This document shows positions 19,875-30,546 of a stretch of 64,000 bases of DNA, piece after piece (position 1 is the stretch's first letter; each line of letters begins with the position of its first letter). The notes beneath the pieces were generated by a model. It saw nothing but the letters and a program-made list of their open reading frames with translations, did no database searches and was not told the origin of the DNA. Both the position numbers and the translations under genes were made by a program. The DNA lies in contig CAWDYA010000008.1 of assembly GCA_963806495.1 (NCBI GenBank), positions 321,114 through 385,113 of the forward strand, given 5' to 3'. This stretch comes from an uncultured Acidobacteriota bacterium (GTDB taxonomy: Bacteria; Acidobacteriota; Polarisedimenticolia; JACPZX01; DASXTC01).

Positions 19875-21098
19875 TCAATCGGCGCCTCCGGGAGTCCCGC
19901 CCGGGTGCATCGAGTATCCCCGCCTCGCGAAAACCCTCACACCTGGTCGTGAGACACGCACCTCGAGCGAACGATAGCCTCCCTTGTCGGGATCGGGCGG
20001 CTCGAACCCCAGGACATAGCGGCTGCCGAGCCCTTCGGCGAGCCGGTCGAACGCCTCCCGCAGGTCCCCCGCGCCCCGGGCGGCCAGCAGCATCCCACCC
20101 GTCTCGGAGGTCATCTCGCGCAGGGCCCGGCCCGCGTCGGAGCCTTCCCGGGCGTCGGCCGCGGGGCCGAAGGCCACGGCGAAGACGGTCACATCCGCTT
20201 CGAGCGCCGCGTCGATGGCGGTACGCAGACGCCCCCGGGCGCCCTCCTCGTCCACCGTGTCCTCGCCGTCGGTGAATACGACCAGCACGCGCGCTCCGGG
20301 CCTTCGCGACAGATGCATCGAGCCGACACGCAGCGCCTCGTTGAGCGCGGTGCGCGTCCCCTCCGCGCCGATCGACGCCGCCGACCGCTCCAGCAGCTTC
20401 CGGTCCAGCGTGAAGTCCTGCTCGAGGAACACCTGGTCGTTGAAGGTCAGCAGCGAGACCGCCGAATAGCCCGGCTGCTGCTCGATGAAGTCGAGCACGG
20501 CCTTGCGGGCCGACCAGAGCTGTCCCTCCATGCTGCGGCTGTTGTCGAGCGCCACGGCGATGGAGGCGGGCAGCGGCTCGCTGGAGAACGAGACGATCGG
20601 CTGGGGCTCTCCTGCCTCGAGGATGGTGAAGTCCTCCTGTGTCAGGCCACGCACCGGCGCCCCGCGCGGCGGCTTGCCCGGCCCGGCGGAGGATCGGTCG
20701 TCCCACACCACCACCGGGACGAGCACCAGGTTCACACCCACCGCCTCGACGTACGGATGGCTGGACGACAGGGTGGACAGCGTGACACGCGCGCCGTCGC
20801 GATCGACGGCCACGATCTCCACCCGGTGGGGTCTCAGGCTCTCGCCGGCGTCGACGATCCACTCGAAGGGGGCGCGGGTGTCGTGCTTCGGCTCCTTCCC
20901 GTCGATCGACAGGCTCATCCAGGCGATCGAGTCGATCGGGCGCCCCTCGGGATCGACCGCCTCCGCCGAGAGCCGGCACTCCCCGGCCACAAAGAGCGGG
21001 CTGGGCGCCGTGATCCGGATGGAGAAGGCCGGCCGGGGGGCGGCCCCGGCGACGGCAGGGCCGAGCGCTGCGAGCAGGAGCAGGATCGGGATCGACAC
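19875..21098 (-). CDS. von Willebrand factor type A (VWA) domain protein, secreted
   Basis: A candidate GTG start leads into VSIPILLLLAALGPAVAGA. The product has the VWA MIDAS pattern DNSRSM...TALNEAL...VVFTDGED. The rest of the long antisense ORF 19417..21162 is non-coding frame. Confidence 0.7.
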   Translation of the reverse strand: MSIPILLLLAALGPAVAGAAPRPAFSIRITAPSPLFVAGECRLSAEAVDPEGRPIDSIAWMSLSIDGKEPKHDTRAPFEWIVDAGESLRPHRVEIVAVDRDGARVTLSTLSSSHPYVEAVGVNLVLVPVVVWDDRSSAGPGKPPRGAPVRGLTQEDFTILEAGEPQPIVSFSSEPLPASIAVALDNSRSMEGQLWSARKAVLDFIEQQPGYSAVSLLTFNDQVFLEQDFTLDRKLLERSAASIGAEGTRTALNEALRVGSMHLSRRPGARVLVVFTDGEDTVDEEGARGRLRTAIDAALEADVTVFAVAFGPAADAREGSDAGRALREMTSETGGMLLAARGAGDLREAFDRLAEGLGSRYVLGFEPPDPDKGGYRSLEVRVSRPGVRVFARRGYSMHPGGTPGGAD

Positions 21099-21185
21099 CG
21101 GGCCAGTATAGTGCCCGTCGCCGCGCCGGGCCGTATAATGATCCCTGATGAGCCGGCACCACCCGCCCCGCAAACAGCCAGCCCG
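21099..21185. promoter_or_regulatory. divergent promoter region between the VWA operon (minus strand) and aroA (plus strand)
   Basis: A TATAAT hexamer sits at 21143-21148 on the plus strand, about 38 nt before the aroA ATG. A TATACT hexamer sits on the minus strand (complement of 21105-21110) ahead of the VWA start. Confidence 0.4.
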
Positions 21186-22460
21186 ATGATCATCACGCCC
21201 CTCGGCCCGGTGGACGGCCGCGTCCAGGCGCCCCCCTCCAAGAGCCTGACGATCCGCGCCCTCGCCGCGGCCGCCCTGGCGCGCGGCCGCTCCGCGCTGA
21301 GGGATCCGCTCTTCTCCGACGACACGTTCCTCATGGCCCGGGCGCTCGACGAGCTGGGGATCACGGCGCAGAAACGCGAGGCCTCGATGCTGGTGGAAGG
21401 GCGTGGCGGGAGGATCCCTGCGCGCGGCGCCGCGCTGGATCTCGGAAACGCCGGCACGCCGCTGCGGCTGCTGACGGCGATCTGCTGTCTGGGACGCGGC
21501 CGCTACCGGATCGACGGCTCTGCGCGGATGCGACAGCGCCCGCTCACCCACCTGATCGAGGCGCTCGACTCAATGGGGGTGCTCATCACGTCCGTGGGCG
21601 GCAACGGCTGCCCGCCGGTGGAGATCCTGGCCGACGGCTACCCCGGGGGGCGCGTGCGGATGGCCGCCAGCGTCTCGAGCCAGTTCGTCTCCGCGCTCCT
21701 CATGGCGGCCCCGCATGGCGCGGCCGACCTGGATCTCGAGGTCGATGGCGAGCCGGTCTCGGCCCCGTACATCGACCTGACCGTCCAGGTGATGGAGGCG
21801 TTCGGGGCCGTGGTGGAGCGCGACGGCTACCGCCGTTTCCGCGTCGCGGCGGGCACCGGGTACGAGGCGCGCGTCTACCCGGTCGAGGGGGACGCCTCCA
21901 GCGCGTCGTACTTCTTCGCCGCGGCGGCGGTGACGGGCGGCCGGGTCATGGTGACGGGGATCCCGACCGGGTCGGCCCAGGGGGATCTCCGGTTCCTGGA
22001 TCTGCTCGAGGCGATGGGATGCCGCGTCGAGCGCACCCCGGACGGCTTCACCGTGGAGGGGGGCGCGTTGAGAGGGATCGACGCCGATCTGGGCAACTGC
22101 CCCGACGTCGCTCCGACGCTGGCCTGCGTGTCGCTGTTCGCCGAGGGTCCCACCACGATGCGCCGGGTGGCCCACCTGCGGGTCAAGGAGACGGATCGGA
22201 TCGAGACCACGGCCGCCTGCGTGCGCGCCCTGGGGGGCACGGCCGAGGCCCGCCCCGATACCCTCACCGTGACGCCGCCCGGGGGAGGCCGTCGCGCGCT
22301 GCATGGCGCCGCCATCGACCCGGCCGGCGATCACCGGATCGCGATGGCGTTCGCGGTCGCCGGCCTGGAGATCGACGGCGTGCGGATCCTCGACCCGGAC
22401 TGCGTGACCAAGTCGTTTCCCGGCTTCTTCGACAGGCTGGGCGACCTGACCGGCGTCTGA
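21186..22460 (+). CDS. aroA: 3-phosphoshikimate 1-carboxyvinyltransferase (EPSP synthase)
   Basis: The 424-aa product carries EPSPS motifs (KSLTIRALAAAALA, LDLGNAGTPLRLLTA, RVKETDRI). Confidence 0.95.
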   Translation: MIITPLGPVDGRVQAPPSKSLTIRALAAAALARGRSALRDPLFSDDTFLMARALDELGITAQKREASMLVEGRGGRIPARGAALDLGNAGTPLRLLTAICCLGRGRYRIDGSARMRQRPLTHLIEALDSMGVLITSVGGNGCPPVEILADGYPGGRVRMAASVSSQFVSALLMAAPHGAADLDLEVDGEPVSAPYIDLTVQVMEAFGAVVERDGYRRFRVAAGTGYEARVYPVEGDASSASYFFAAAAVTGGRVMVTGIPTGSAQGDLRFLDLLEAMGCRVERTPDGFTVEGGALRGIDADLGNCPDVAPTLACVSLFAEGPTTMRRVAHLRVKETDRIETTAACVRALGGTAEARPDTLTVTPPGGGRRALHGAAIDPAGDHRIAMAFAVAGLEIDGVRILDPDCVTKSFPGFFDRLGDLTGV

Positions 22461-22470
22461 CCTCCGGAAG

Positions 22471-22508
22471 AAAAAACCCCCGGGGATCGCTCCCCGGGGG
22501 TGGTTGGT
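22471..22508. terminator. bidirectional rho-independent terminator between the convergent aroA and porin genes
   Basis: A perfect 10-bp GC stem (cccccgggga at 22477-22486 pairing with tccccggggg at 22491-22500) encloses a 4-nt loop. It is preceded by A6 on the plus strand, which reads as T6 after the stem for the minus-strand transcript, and followed by GTGGTTGG on the plus strand. Confidence 0.75.
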
Positions 22509-22530
22509 CAGATGGTGCCGTAGGACCGTC

Positions 22531-24108
22531 TTACCAGCGGGCGCGGACCTGACCCGTCAGACGCATGGCATTGTCGCCACCGGCGCCGGAGGTCGTGCTT
22601 CCGCCGGAACCCGTGTCGCCGTAGTTGCTGACCTGGTTCTCGATGGCGTCGCCCGGCTTGAAGTAGGACAGGGCCACGTCGAAGCCGAAGTTGGACGTCA
22701 TGTTGTAGCCGTACATCAGGTCCAGCTCCTGACCCAGATCGTCGCTGCAGCTCTTGCCCGACGGAGGTGTCTGGCCGTCGAAGCAGGGATAGACGGTGTT
22801 CAGGCTGTAGATCAGGTTCGTCGTCGAGTTCTGCTGGCTGCCCACGCCCAGCGGCGAGTAAACCACGCCCTCCTTCTCGGTCTTGTTGAACTGGTACAGC
22901 GTGGCGCCGAACATGTGCTTGTCGTGAAGGTTCAGGTTGTAGCCGATGCTGTACGCCGTGATGTTCGACTCGGCGAACAGGTCAGCGTAGCCGAGACGGT
23001 TGTGGAAGTCGGTGTACAGGGGCATGTAGGCCTTCATGTCCATGTCGTTCGGGTCCTTGTCACCCGACGCGTAGTTCACGGCGCCCCACACCCGCTGGCT
23101 GGTGCTGCCGTCGTGCCAGTTGTAGCCGAACATCCCCTCGAACACGGTCGCCTTCATGTCATAGTTGTCGGGACAGGGGCTCACGATCGGGCCGCCGATG
23201 TACAGATCGAACGCCGCGGTGAAGCCGGTCGACGTGGATGCGCAGGGCTGCCAGTCACCGAACTGGTAGGCGGCCTCGGCGTTCCAGACGAAGCCGTTGT
23301 CGTCCTTCAGGTCGCGGGCGTACCGCGCGCCGATGGTGTAGTTGGTGGCGCTGGCGCTCTGGTAGAAGCCGCGCTGCTGCATCCCGATCACGTAGTAGGA
23401 GATGTGCTGGTCGTGCTCGGAGCCGATATTCTGCTCGGCGTGCGCGCCGAAGGTCTGATCGTCGGCGTTGTCGAACGGCAGGAGGAACCCGGCGCCCTGG
23501 TTCGACTCGAAGTTCTTCATCCAGAAGCCGTCGATCCGGAAGTTGTCCCAGTCCCAGGTGGCCCGCACGGCATCGTGATGGATGCCGTTGTAGAAATCCA
23601 GGCTGCTGAACTGCAGACCGGTGTCGAAGGCGATCTCCTGACGGCCGAACTTCAGGTCGAGGACGGTGTTGCCGACGTCCTTCGCCTTGACCCAGCCCTG
23701 GTACAGGGCCACGCCGCCGTTGAGGGTCTCGGTGTCGTCACCGAAGAACGGCTGCGTCTCGCCGTACAGCCCGCCACCGGACACGCCGGAGCCCTGGAAC
23801 TCGCCGTACACGTAGATGTCGTTGCCCAGGTCGCCCTTGGCGGCCAGACGCACGCGGTACGGCCAGATGTCGAAGCTGTCGTCCGTGCCGCCGAAGGTGC
23901 TGTTCGTGTACCCCTTCGGGTAAGTGCCGTAGCTGGTCGTGTCGGTGAAGTCGGTCATGTTGTTCCACACCTCGGCGCGGAACCTGACCTCGCCATGGAT
24001 GCTGAACTTCTTGTTGTCGCTCTGGTCGTCCATCATGTCCGCGCGCGCGATGCTGCCGGCGAGGACCAGGGCCGTAAAGCCCAGCAGGACAAAGCCGAAC
24101 TTTCTCAT
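22531..24108 (-). CDS. outer-membrane beta-barrel porin-like protein (525 aa)
   Basis: A GGAGGA RBS precedes the signal peptide MRKFGFVLLGFTALVLAGSIARA. The product is rich in Gly, Tyr, Asn and Asp with alternating amphipathic strands, and ends in the aromatic residues ...RARW. Confidence 0.7.
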   Translation of the reverse strand: MRKFGFVLLGFTALVLAGSIARADMMDDQSDNKKFSIHGEVRFRAEVWNNMTDFTDTTSYGTYPKGYTNSTFGGTDDSFDIWPYRVRLAAKGDLGNDIYVYGEFQGSGVSGGGLYGETQPFFGDDTETLNGGVALYQGWVKAKDVGNTVLDLKFGRQEIAFDTGLQFSSLDFYNGIHHDAVRATWDWDNFRIDGFWMKNFESNQGAGFLLPFDNADDQTFGAHAEQNIGSEHDQHISYYVIGMQQRGFYQSASATNYTIGARYARDLKDDNGFVWNAEAAYQFGDWQPCASTSTGFTAAFDLYIGGPIVSPCPDNYDMKATVFEGMFGYNWHDGSTSQRVWGAVNYASGDKDPNDMDMKAYMPLYTDFHNRLGYADLFAESNITAYSIGYNLNLHDKHMFGATLYQFNKTEKEGVVYSPLGVGSQQNSTTNLIYSLNTVYPCFDGQTPPSGKSCSDDLGQELDLMYGYNMTSNFGFDVALSYFKPGDAIENQVSNYGDTGSGGSTTSGAGGDNAMRLTGQVRARW

Positions 24109-24725
24109 TTCGATTCTTCCTCCGTGGTGTTGCGTTGGTGTGTCTTGCGTGCTTGGCTTGCGTTTCCCGTCAACTGACAACGAATGGCCCCGTCGGGGCC
24201 ACCTCGGATTGGCATCATTCGACTTTCAGCTTTCGTCACGATTACCGGTGCCGCCTGACCCGCGTCCTTCCTCACCTCCTCCACCCGCGTCAGGCCGGAC
24301 CTCCTCACTCACTGCTGCGAACAGATCCGTCTCTATGATTTATCTCCCCCCCGTTTCCGGAGAGAGACGACTGGCCTGTAGATCGACCCCCCGCCAGGTG
24401 GGATGCTCAGTGAAGTTTGGGGAGTTGTCTGATCGTGAGAGCCTTCGCGCTCACCATGCGCGGCCGATAGAACCGGCCCCGAGTCCGGGGGGGTTGACCG
24501 CTGGGTTGGTATCTTATGTTGATGTCCCGTGCGCCGGACGATCCGAGTTGCGAATCCGGCGCGCCCTTCCAGCCGGCGAATTCAACTGGTTGATAACAGA
24601 GTGATTAGCACCTCATGTCGTCAGGGTCATCAGACAAATCGTGGCGTTATACCCTGTGCCCTTCGGTCCTGTCAAGCCAAAACACAACAGGAGCCAAACG
24701 CACGCCGGCTAATCTACCAGTTCGG

Positions 24726-25997
24726 TCATGATCTGGTCAAGGTCAAGGGGAGGAGGGCCAGCAGGAGGATCTGCCGGACCCCGGTGACGAACGGCCCCGT
24801 GTCGGCCGTCTCCTTCGGCGTGTGGGCCCCCTCGCCGGTGGTGACACCGATCGCGATCCCGGGAATCCCCTTTGTTATCGCGGTGTTATGGTCCGCCGTG
24901 CCCCGGGGGGTGAGATGGGTCTCGTCCCAGGAGAGGTACTCCAGGACCCCCGCGGCCGCCTGCACCAGGCGGGAATCCTCGGCTCCCGGGAGGGTCGCCC
25001 CCTCCATCCGGTGCAGCGTCTCCCGCTCGAAGGCCACCCCGATTTGCCGAGCCGCCTCCCGGCACTCCGCCTCGACCTTCCGCTCCAGGTCGGCGAACGA
25101 TCCGGGATCGTTGGAACGCAGGTCGACGGTGAACCAGACGTCGCGCGGCTGCGCGTTCGGCACCTCGCCGCCGCCAACCATGCCGATGTTGAGCCAGCTC
25201 TCCATCGCCTCGGGCGAGCGCCTCATCGGGATGGCGTCGAGCCGCTCGATGGCACGCGCCGCCGCCAGCATCGGGCTCGGCTTCTGGTATGCCGTCAGGG
25301 TGTGCGCCCCCTCCCCCAGGAAGTGCATTTTCAGCCAGAGGATTCCGGTGGCGGCATACGAGACCTGCCCGAGCTGACCGTCCACCGCGATGAAGGCGCC
25401 CAGCTCGTCGCCGTGATCCGCGACGAAACGCCTGGCCCCATGCAGGCCCGTCTCCTCCCTCACGGTCGCCACGATCCAGGTGTCGGCCTCAGGCTGCAGG
25501 TCATGCGACCGCATCAGGTCGACCGCCGCGAGAAGGGCCGCCAGACCCGAGGCGTCGTCGCGCACCCCCGGCCCCTGGAGCCTGCCCCCGGGAAGGCGGT
25601 GCACGCTGAGGTCGGCGCCGACGGGAGCCACGTTGTCCATGTGAGCGGCGATCGCCACCCGGGCGAGCCCGGGATCGTGGCCACGGATCAGACCCAGGAC
25701 ATTGCCCGCATCATCCACGTGGACCTGATCCAGACCCAGCTGCCTCAGCCGGGCCGACATCCACGCGGCCCGTTGCTCCTCGTGCCCCGACGGGGCGGGG
25801 ATCCCGGCGATCCGGATCCAGTCCGCCACGAACCGCTCGCGGTCGGCACCCGCGTCGTCGAGCGCGGCGCGCACCGCGGGAACCCCGGCGAGCACGGCGA
25901 CCGGGCCCGGGCCGGTCGTCACCGCGGCGCCGGCGGCAGGCGACGCCAGGGCCGTGGCCGCCAGCAGACCGGCGACGGTCGTCGTGATCCTCAACAT
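24726..25997 (-). CDS. M20-family metallopeptidase (ArgE/DapE/peptidase T-like), secreted
   Basis: A signal peptide (MLRITTTVAGLLAATALASPAAG) leads into M20 metal-binding motifs (IAAHMDNV, REETGLHGARRF, dimerisation region). The ORF upstream of this ATG is read-through of the inverted repeat. Confidence 0.8.
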   Translation of the reverse strand: MLRITTTVAGLLAATALASPAAGAAVTTGPGPVAVLAGVPAVRAALDDAGADRERFVADWIRIAGIPAPSGHEEQRAAWMSARLRQLGLDQVHVDDAGNVLGLIRGHDPGLARVAIAAHMDNVAPVGADLSVHRLPGGRLQGPGVRDDASGLAALLAAVDLMRSHDLQPEADTWIVATVREETGLHGARRFVADHGDELGAFIAVDGQLGQVSYAATGILWLKMHFLGEGAHTLTAYQKPSPMLAAARAIERLDAIPMRRSPEAMESWLNIGMVGGGEVPNAQPRDVWFTVDLRSNDPGSFADLERKVEAECREAARQIGVAFERETLHRMEGATLPGAEDSRLVQAAAGVLEYLSWDETHLTPRGTADHNTAITKGIPGIAIGVTTGEGAHTPKETADTGPFVTGVRQILLLALLPLTLTRS

Positions 25998-26106
25998 GAT
26001 CGGGTGGCCGGTGCGATACACATCACGACAGGCTACGCCATCGCGGGGAGCGACATCAATCGGCCCGGAGCCGGTGGCCTCGGGGCGCCATTGCCCGTAG
26101 AATGAC

Positions 26107-26262
26107 GGAAAATGCCCCCCACTGGTGTGAAGGTGTGCGGCACGAGCCGCCTCCACCGTGCCGTTCACCCGGGGGAGGTGCCGGCAGGCTGAGAATGACT
26201 GCAACCTGCTGAAATAATTTGACTTGACCGATGTTTCTTCACACGAGTGGGGGGCATTTTCC
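26107..26262. repeat. 26-bp inverted repeat pair (one mismatch) separated by 104 bp, spanning the divergent promoter region
   Basis: The left arm ggaaaatgccccccactGgtgtgaag (26107-26132) matches the reverse complement of cttcacacGagtggggggcattttcc (26237-26262). The spacer contains TTGACTTGACC and an AT-rich stretch (ctgctgaaataatttgac). Confidence 0.6.
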
Positions 26263-26284
26263 GGTGCACTACACGGGCCGCGTG

Positions 26285-27139
26285 ATGATCCTGGCCGTGC
26301 TCGCCGGGCTGCTGCCTCTGGCCGTAGCCGGCGGTGTGTTCATCTATCTCGGCATGACGAGCGACGAGCCGGCGGGCACGATCGCCGGTATCGCGGCCGC
26401 GGCGGGTGCGCTCACCGTGGTGGCCGGCGCGGCCGCGGGGGCGGCCCTCGGCCGCCGCGCCGATCGTGAGCTGCAGGACGAGGCCGGGCGCGCCGAAGCC
26501 CGGGTGGCGGCGGCACACGAGCTGGCGCGAGGAGCCCATCCGGGCGCCGGGCCGGCTCCCGGCGCCGCCTCGATCGGGGATCTCGGACGCCTCGCCCGGG
26601 CCCTCGCCGCCGAGACGCCCTCATCGCCGGGCCCGACGCTGCGGCGCCTCCTGCTTCTCACGGACGAATCCCGTGGCGGGCCCCGGCCCGGTCGCGAAGT
26701 GGACGTGAACGCTGCTGTGCGGATATGCGTCCGGGCCCTCGAGCCGCGCGGCGCCGGCGAGCCGGGGCCGGTGCTGGTGTTCGACCCCGACCCGAACGTG
26801 GGCTTGGCGCCTCTCGATCCGGACATGCTGCACATCGTGCTCGTGGGCCTGATCGAGAACGCGCGCGAGGCCTCGGGACCGGGCGGGCGCGTGGAGATCC
26901 GCACGCAGCTTCTGGGCGACCGGGTGCTGGTGGCGGTGCGTGACGACGGTGAGGGGATCCCCCACGAGCAGCTCGCGAGGATCTGGGAGCCGTTCTACTC
27001 CACCCGGCCGGGCGCCGCCGGGCTGGGGCTGACGATCTGCAAGGCGATCGCCGAGGCCCATGGCGGAGCAATACGCGCGATCAACGTCCTGCCGCACGGG
27101 CTCGAAGTGGGGCTCACGCTGCCGCGGGAGCCCTCCTGA
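26285..27139 (+). CDS. sensor histidine kinase (two N-terminal transmembrane helices, HisKA H-box, HATPase_c), with no adjacent response regulator
   Basis: Transmembrane helices (MILAVLAGLLPLAVAGGVFIYL, IAGIAAAAGALTVVAGAAAGA) precede the H-box VAAAHELARGA and the ATPase N, G1 and G2 boxes (LIENAREAS, DDGEGIP, GAAGLGLTICKAI). The ATG at 26231 is an alternative start that falls inside the inverted repeat. Confidence 0.7.
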   Translation: MILAVLAGLLPLAVAGGVFIYLGMTSDEPAGTIAGIAAAAGALTVVAGAAAGAALGRRADRELQDEAGRAEARVAAAHELARGAHPGAGPAPGAASIGDLGRLARALAAETPSSPGPTLRRLLLLTDESRGGPRPGREVDVNAAVRICVRALEPRGAGEPGPVLVFDPDPNVGLAPLDPDMLHIVLVGLIENAREASGPGGRVEIRTQLLGDRVLVAVRDDGEGIPHEQLARIWEPFYSTRPGAAGLGLTICKAIAEAHGGAIRAINVLPHGLEVGLTLPREPS

Positions 27140-27185
27140 AGGGTTGCCGCGGCCCCCATATGCCGGTAGTGTTCGATCATCGCTC

Positions 27186-30100
27186 ATGCGCCGATCCATC
27201 CTGTGTCTTTGCAGCATCATCGGTCTTCTTTCCGTGATCCCGTCATGGGCGGCTGTCGCCGGCGGCCGGGATCACGAGGTGATGCTGCGTTCGGGTCGCA
27301 TCGCCATCCCGCCGGGGCGCCGGGCGGCTTTCGCCGAGGCTCGTGCCCGGGGTCTTGCGCCGACGTTCCACGCTCTCGTCCGCTTCGACCGGCCCCCTAA
27401 CGTCGCCGTCCGGGCGCGGCTCGCGGCCGCCGGCGTGCGCCTGCTCGCCTATCTGCCACACGACACCTGGCGCGCCTCTCTGCCGTCGGGGCTGGATCCG
27501 GACGACGCGCGTCTGACCGACATGCTCGGGATCGTGATCCCGTCACCGGCTGACAAGATCGACCCGGGTCTCGCCGGGCGGACGGGGCCGGGCCCGGTCG
27601 GCGCGATCGTGGTCTTCCAGGCCGATACGCCCGACACCGGACGTCTCGCCGCGCTTCGACGTCATGGCGGCGATCGCGTGGACGTGCTGCGCTCCCTCCA
27701 CGCCCTCGTGGCGAGGCTGCCGGCCGCAGCCGTCGCCCGGCTCGCCGGGGAGGACTCGGTTGCCTGGATCGAGGAGGCGCCGCCGATGCTCGGCCCGGCA
27801 AACGACGGCGTGAGGGCCGACCTCGGCATCGAGGACCTCTGGACCGATCCGATCCGCGGACTCACAGGCGCCGGTATCGATGTGCTGGTGTTCGACCAGG
27901 GGCGTGTCGACGACACGCACGCCGATCTCGCCGGACGCGTGGTGGTCGGCGACGCCGTGGCGGTGTCGAGCCATTCCACGCACGTGGCCGGCACCGTGGC
28001 CGGCGACGGCACCGCGTCGGGCGGTCAGTACGCCGGCGTGGCACCCGGCGCGGGGCTGATCACCTATGCGCTCGGCTCGTTCAATGCCGGGATATTCCTC
28101 TACTCGAACCCCGGGGATCTCGAGGCGAACTTCTCCGACGCCCTGAACGTGCACGGCGCCGACCTGGCCAATCTCTCGCTGGGCTCGAACCTGAAGCTCA
28201 ACAACTACCCGTGCAGCATCCACGGCGATTACAGTGTGACCGACGCGCTGCTCGACGCGATCGTGGACGGGAGCCTGGGCGCGCCCCTGCCCGTGGTGGT
28301 GGCGGGGGGCAACGAACGGCCGAGCCCCGCATGCGGGCTGACCTACGCCACCACGGCGCCTCCGGCCGGCGCCAAGAACGTCCTGTCGATCGGAGCCCTC
28401 TACTCCGACACCGACGGCATCGCCAGCTTCTCGGCGTGGGGGCCCACCGACGACGGCCGCATCAAGCCCGACCTTGCGGCGCCGGGCTGCCAGGTCTCCG
28501 GCGATCAGACGATCACCTCCACCATCCCGGTCAGCACCTACGGAGGGTACTGCGGCACCTCGCAGGCGGCGCCGTCGGTGACCGGCATCCTCGCCCTGCT
28601 CCTGCAGGACATACGGGAGAGCGGGCTTGCCGATCCCTCGCCCGCGACTCTGCGGGCCCTTCTGTATCACACGGCGCTGGACCTCGGAGCCCCCGGCCCC
28701 GACTACCAGTTCGGCTACGGGAAGCCCCGGCCCCGGCTCGCCCTCGATGCCCTGCGCGCGGGCGCGGTCCGCGTCTCGGCCCTCGCCGACGACCAGACCG
28801 ATGTCATACCCGTCGAGGTGGCGGACCCGAACGGTCCCTTCGTCGCCACCCTGGTGTGGGACGACCCGCCCGCCTCGGCGGGTGCCGCGATGGCGCTGGT
28901 GAACGATCTGGATCTGCGGGTGGTCGATCCGGCAGGTGTCCGGCATTACGTCTGGACGCTCGACCCGAACGACCCGGCGGCGGGCGCCGTGAGAACGCGC
29001 GACGACCACATCAACAACGTCGAGCAGGTCACCGTGGATCCGGCGGGCCTCGCGGGAGTCTGGCGCGTCGAGGTGAGCGGCAGCGATGTGGTCACACCGG
29101 TCCCCCAGGAGTACAGCCTGGTGATCACGGGAGCGGGGCCCGGCGCGCCCGCCGGTGGGTACGTCCTGACCGATCGCCGCGTCTACCGGTGCAACGACAC
29201 GATCGGGGTCGAGGTGAGCGCTCCCGCCCTGGCCGGCACCGGGACCACCGACGTGACCGTGGCCTCCACGAGCGACCCGAACGGGATCGTCGTGCCGCTC
29301 GTCGAGCAGGCGGGCTCGGGCCTGTTCTCCGGGACCGCGACCGCGGGGGGCGCGCTCGCGGTCGCGCACGACGACGAGATCTCGGTGGTCCATCCGGTCT
29401 CGGGCTCCGCGTCGGCCCGCGTCGACTGCGTGGCCCCGATTCTCGACGCAGCGGCGATCACCCTCGTCGACTCCCACACGGCGCAGGTCTCGTGGCTCAC
29501 CGACGAGCCGGCCGACACACGGCTTGAGGGCACCATTCTCACCCACGCGCCCACTGTCACCCATACGGGCGCGCTCACGGGTCTCGAGGCCTGCACCGCC
29601 TACGACGCGTCGATCGCCTCGGCCGACGAGGCGGGCAATCTCGGCACCGCGTCTCCCGTGCCGTTCGTCACCCGCGGCGAGACCGTGCGGTTCCAGGACG
29701 ATTTCGAGACGGGGGCGCCGGGATGGCAGAACCCGCAGAAAGGCGGCGGCAGCAACCCGGTGCAGTGGCTGCTCACCACCGCCGCCTCGGCCAGTCCGAC
29801 CCACTCATGGACCGACTCCGCGGGCGGCAGCTACCGGGACAACACCGAGAACCTGCTGATCTCCCCGCCTATCGATCTGACCGGGGCGCGCCGGGTGCTG
29901 CTGACGTTCTCCCACAAGTACGCTATGGAGGAGGGGTTCGACTACGGCTACATCGACTACTCCCTCGACGGCAGCCACTGGGTCGGGCCGGTGGCCTCCT
30001 TCACGGGGATTACGCCGGGGTTCGTGACGGCCCGGGTGCCGCTGCCCGCCGAGGTCGAGAACCAGCCCCAGGTCCTGCTGCGTTTCCGGATCGACACCGA

Positions 30101-30459
30101 CAACTCCCTGTCGTTCGACGGGTGGTACCTCGACGACGTCGAGGTGGTGTCGCGCGACGACTGCAGCGAGGTGCCGGACCTGACCCTGGAGCGTCGAGCC
30201 GGTGTCGGGCGTGCCGCGGCTCGCCTGGGACCCGGCACCCGGCGCCGCCGAGTACACCATCTTCCGCGGCGACCTTCCGATGGTCGGCCTGTACGGCCCC
30301 TGCATCGCCACCCAGGTCCCGGGCGGCTCCTACGACGACGACACCGGCGACCCGGCCCTCTCCTACTTCTACCTCGTGGCGGGCACGGGCGGTGCGGGCC
30401 AGGGGACGATCGGGTACGACAGCGCCGGCAACGAGCGGCTGCCGGAGACCTGCCCGTAG
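27186..30459 (+). CDS. secreted subtilisin-like serine protease (peptidase S8) with a long C-terminal extension. A frameshift lies near 30184-30200.
   Basis: A signal peptide (MRRSILCLCSIIGLLSVIPSWA) is followed by the catalytic triad context (VLVFDQG, HSTHVAGTVAG, GTSQAAPSVTG). The C-terminal sense continues in frame +1 (ORF 30202..30459: ...LAWDPAPGAAEYTIFRGDL...). The remainder of the 1374-aa track ORF is read-through. Confidence 0.8.
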
Positions 30460-30546
30460 CCCGGGCCGGGGTTGTCTCGGTCGCTCCCGGGACCTACCTT
30501 CTCGCGCATCCTGCAAGGCGTCCTCGTCTCGAGAAGGAGCTCCCCA

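Noticed and set aside
24180-24725. tRNA or tmRNA in the long intergenic region
   Set aside because: No cloverleaf could be assembled. The GTTCGAATC-like T-loop candidate (gagttgcgaatcc) lacks matching acceptor and anticodon stems.
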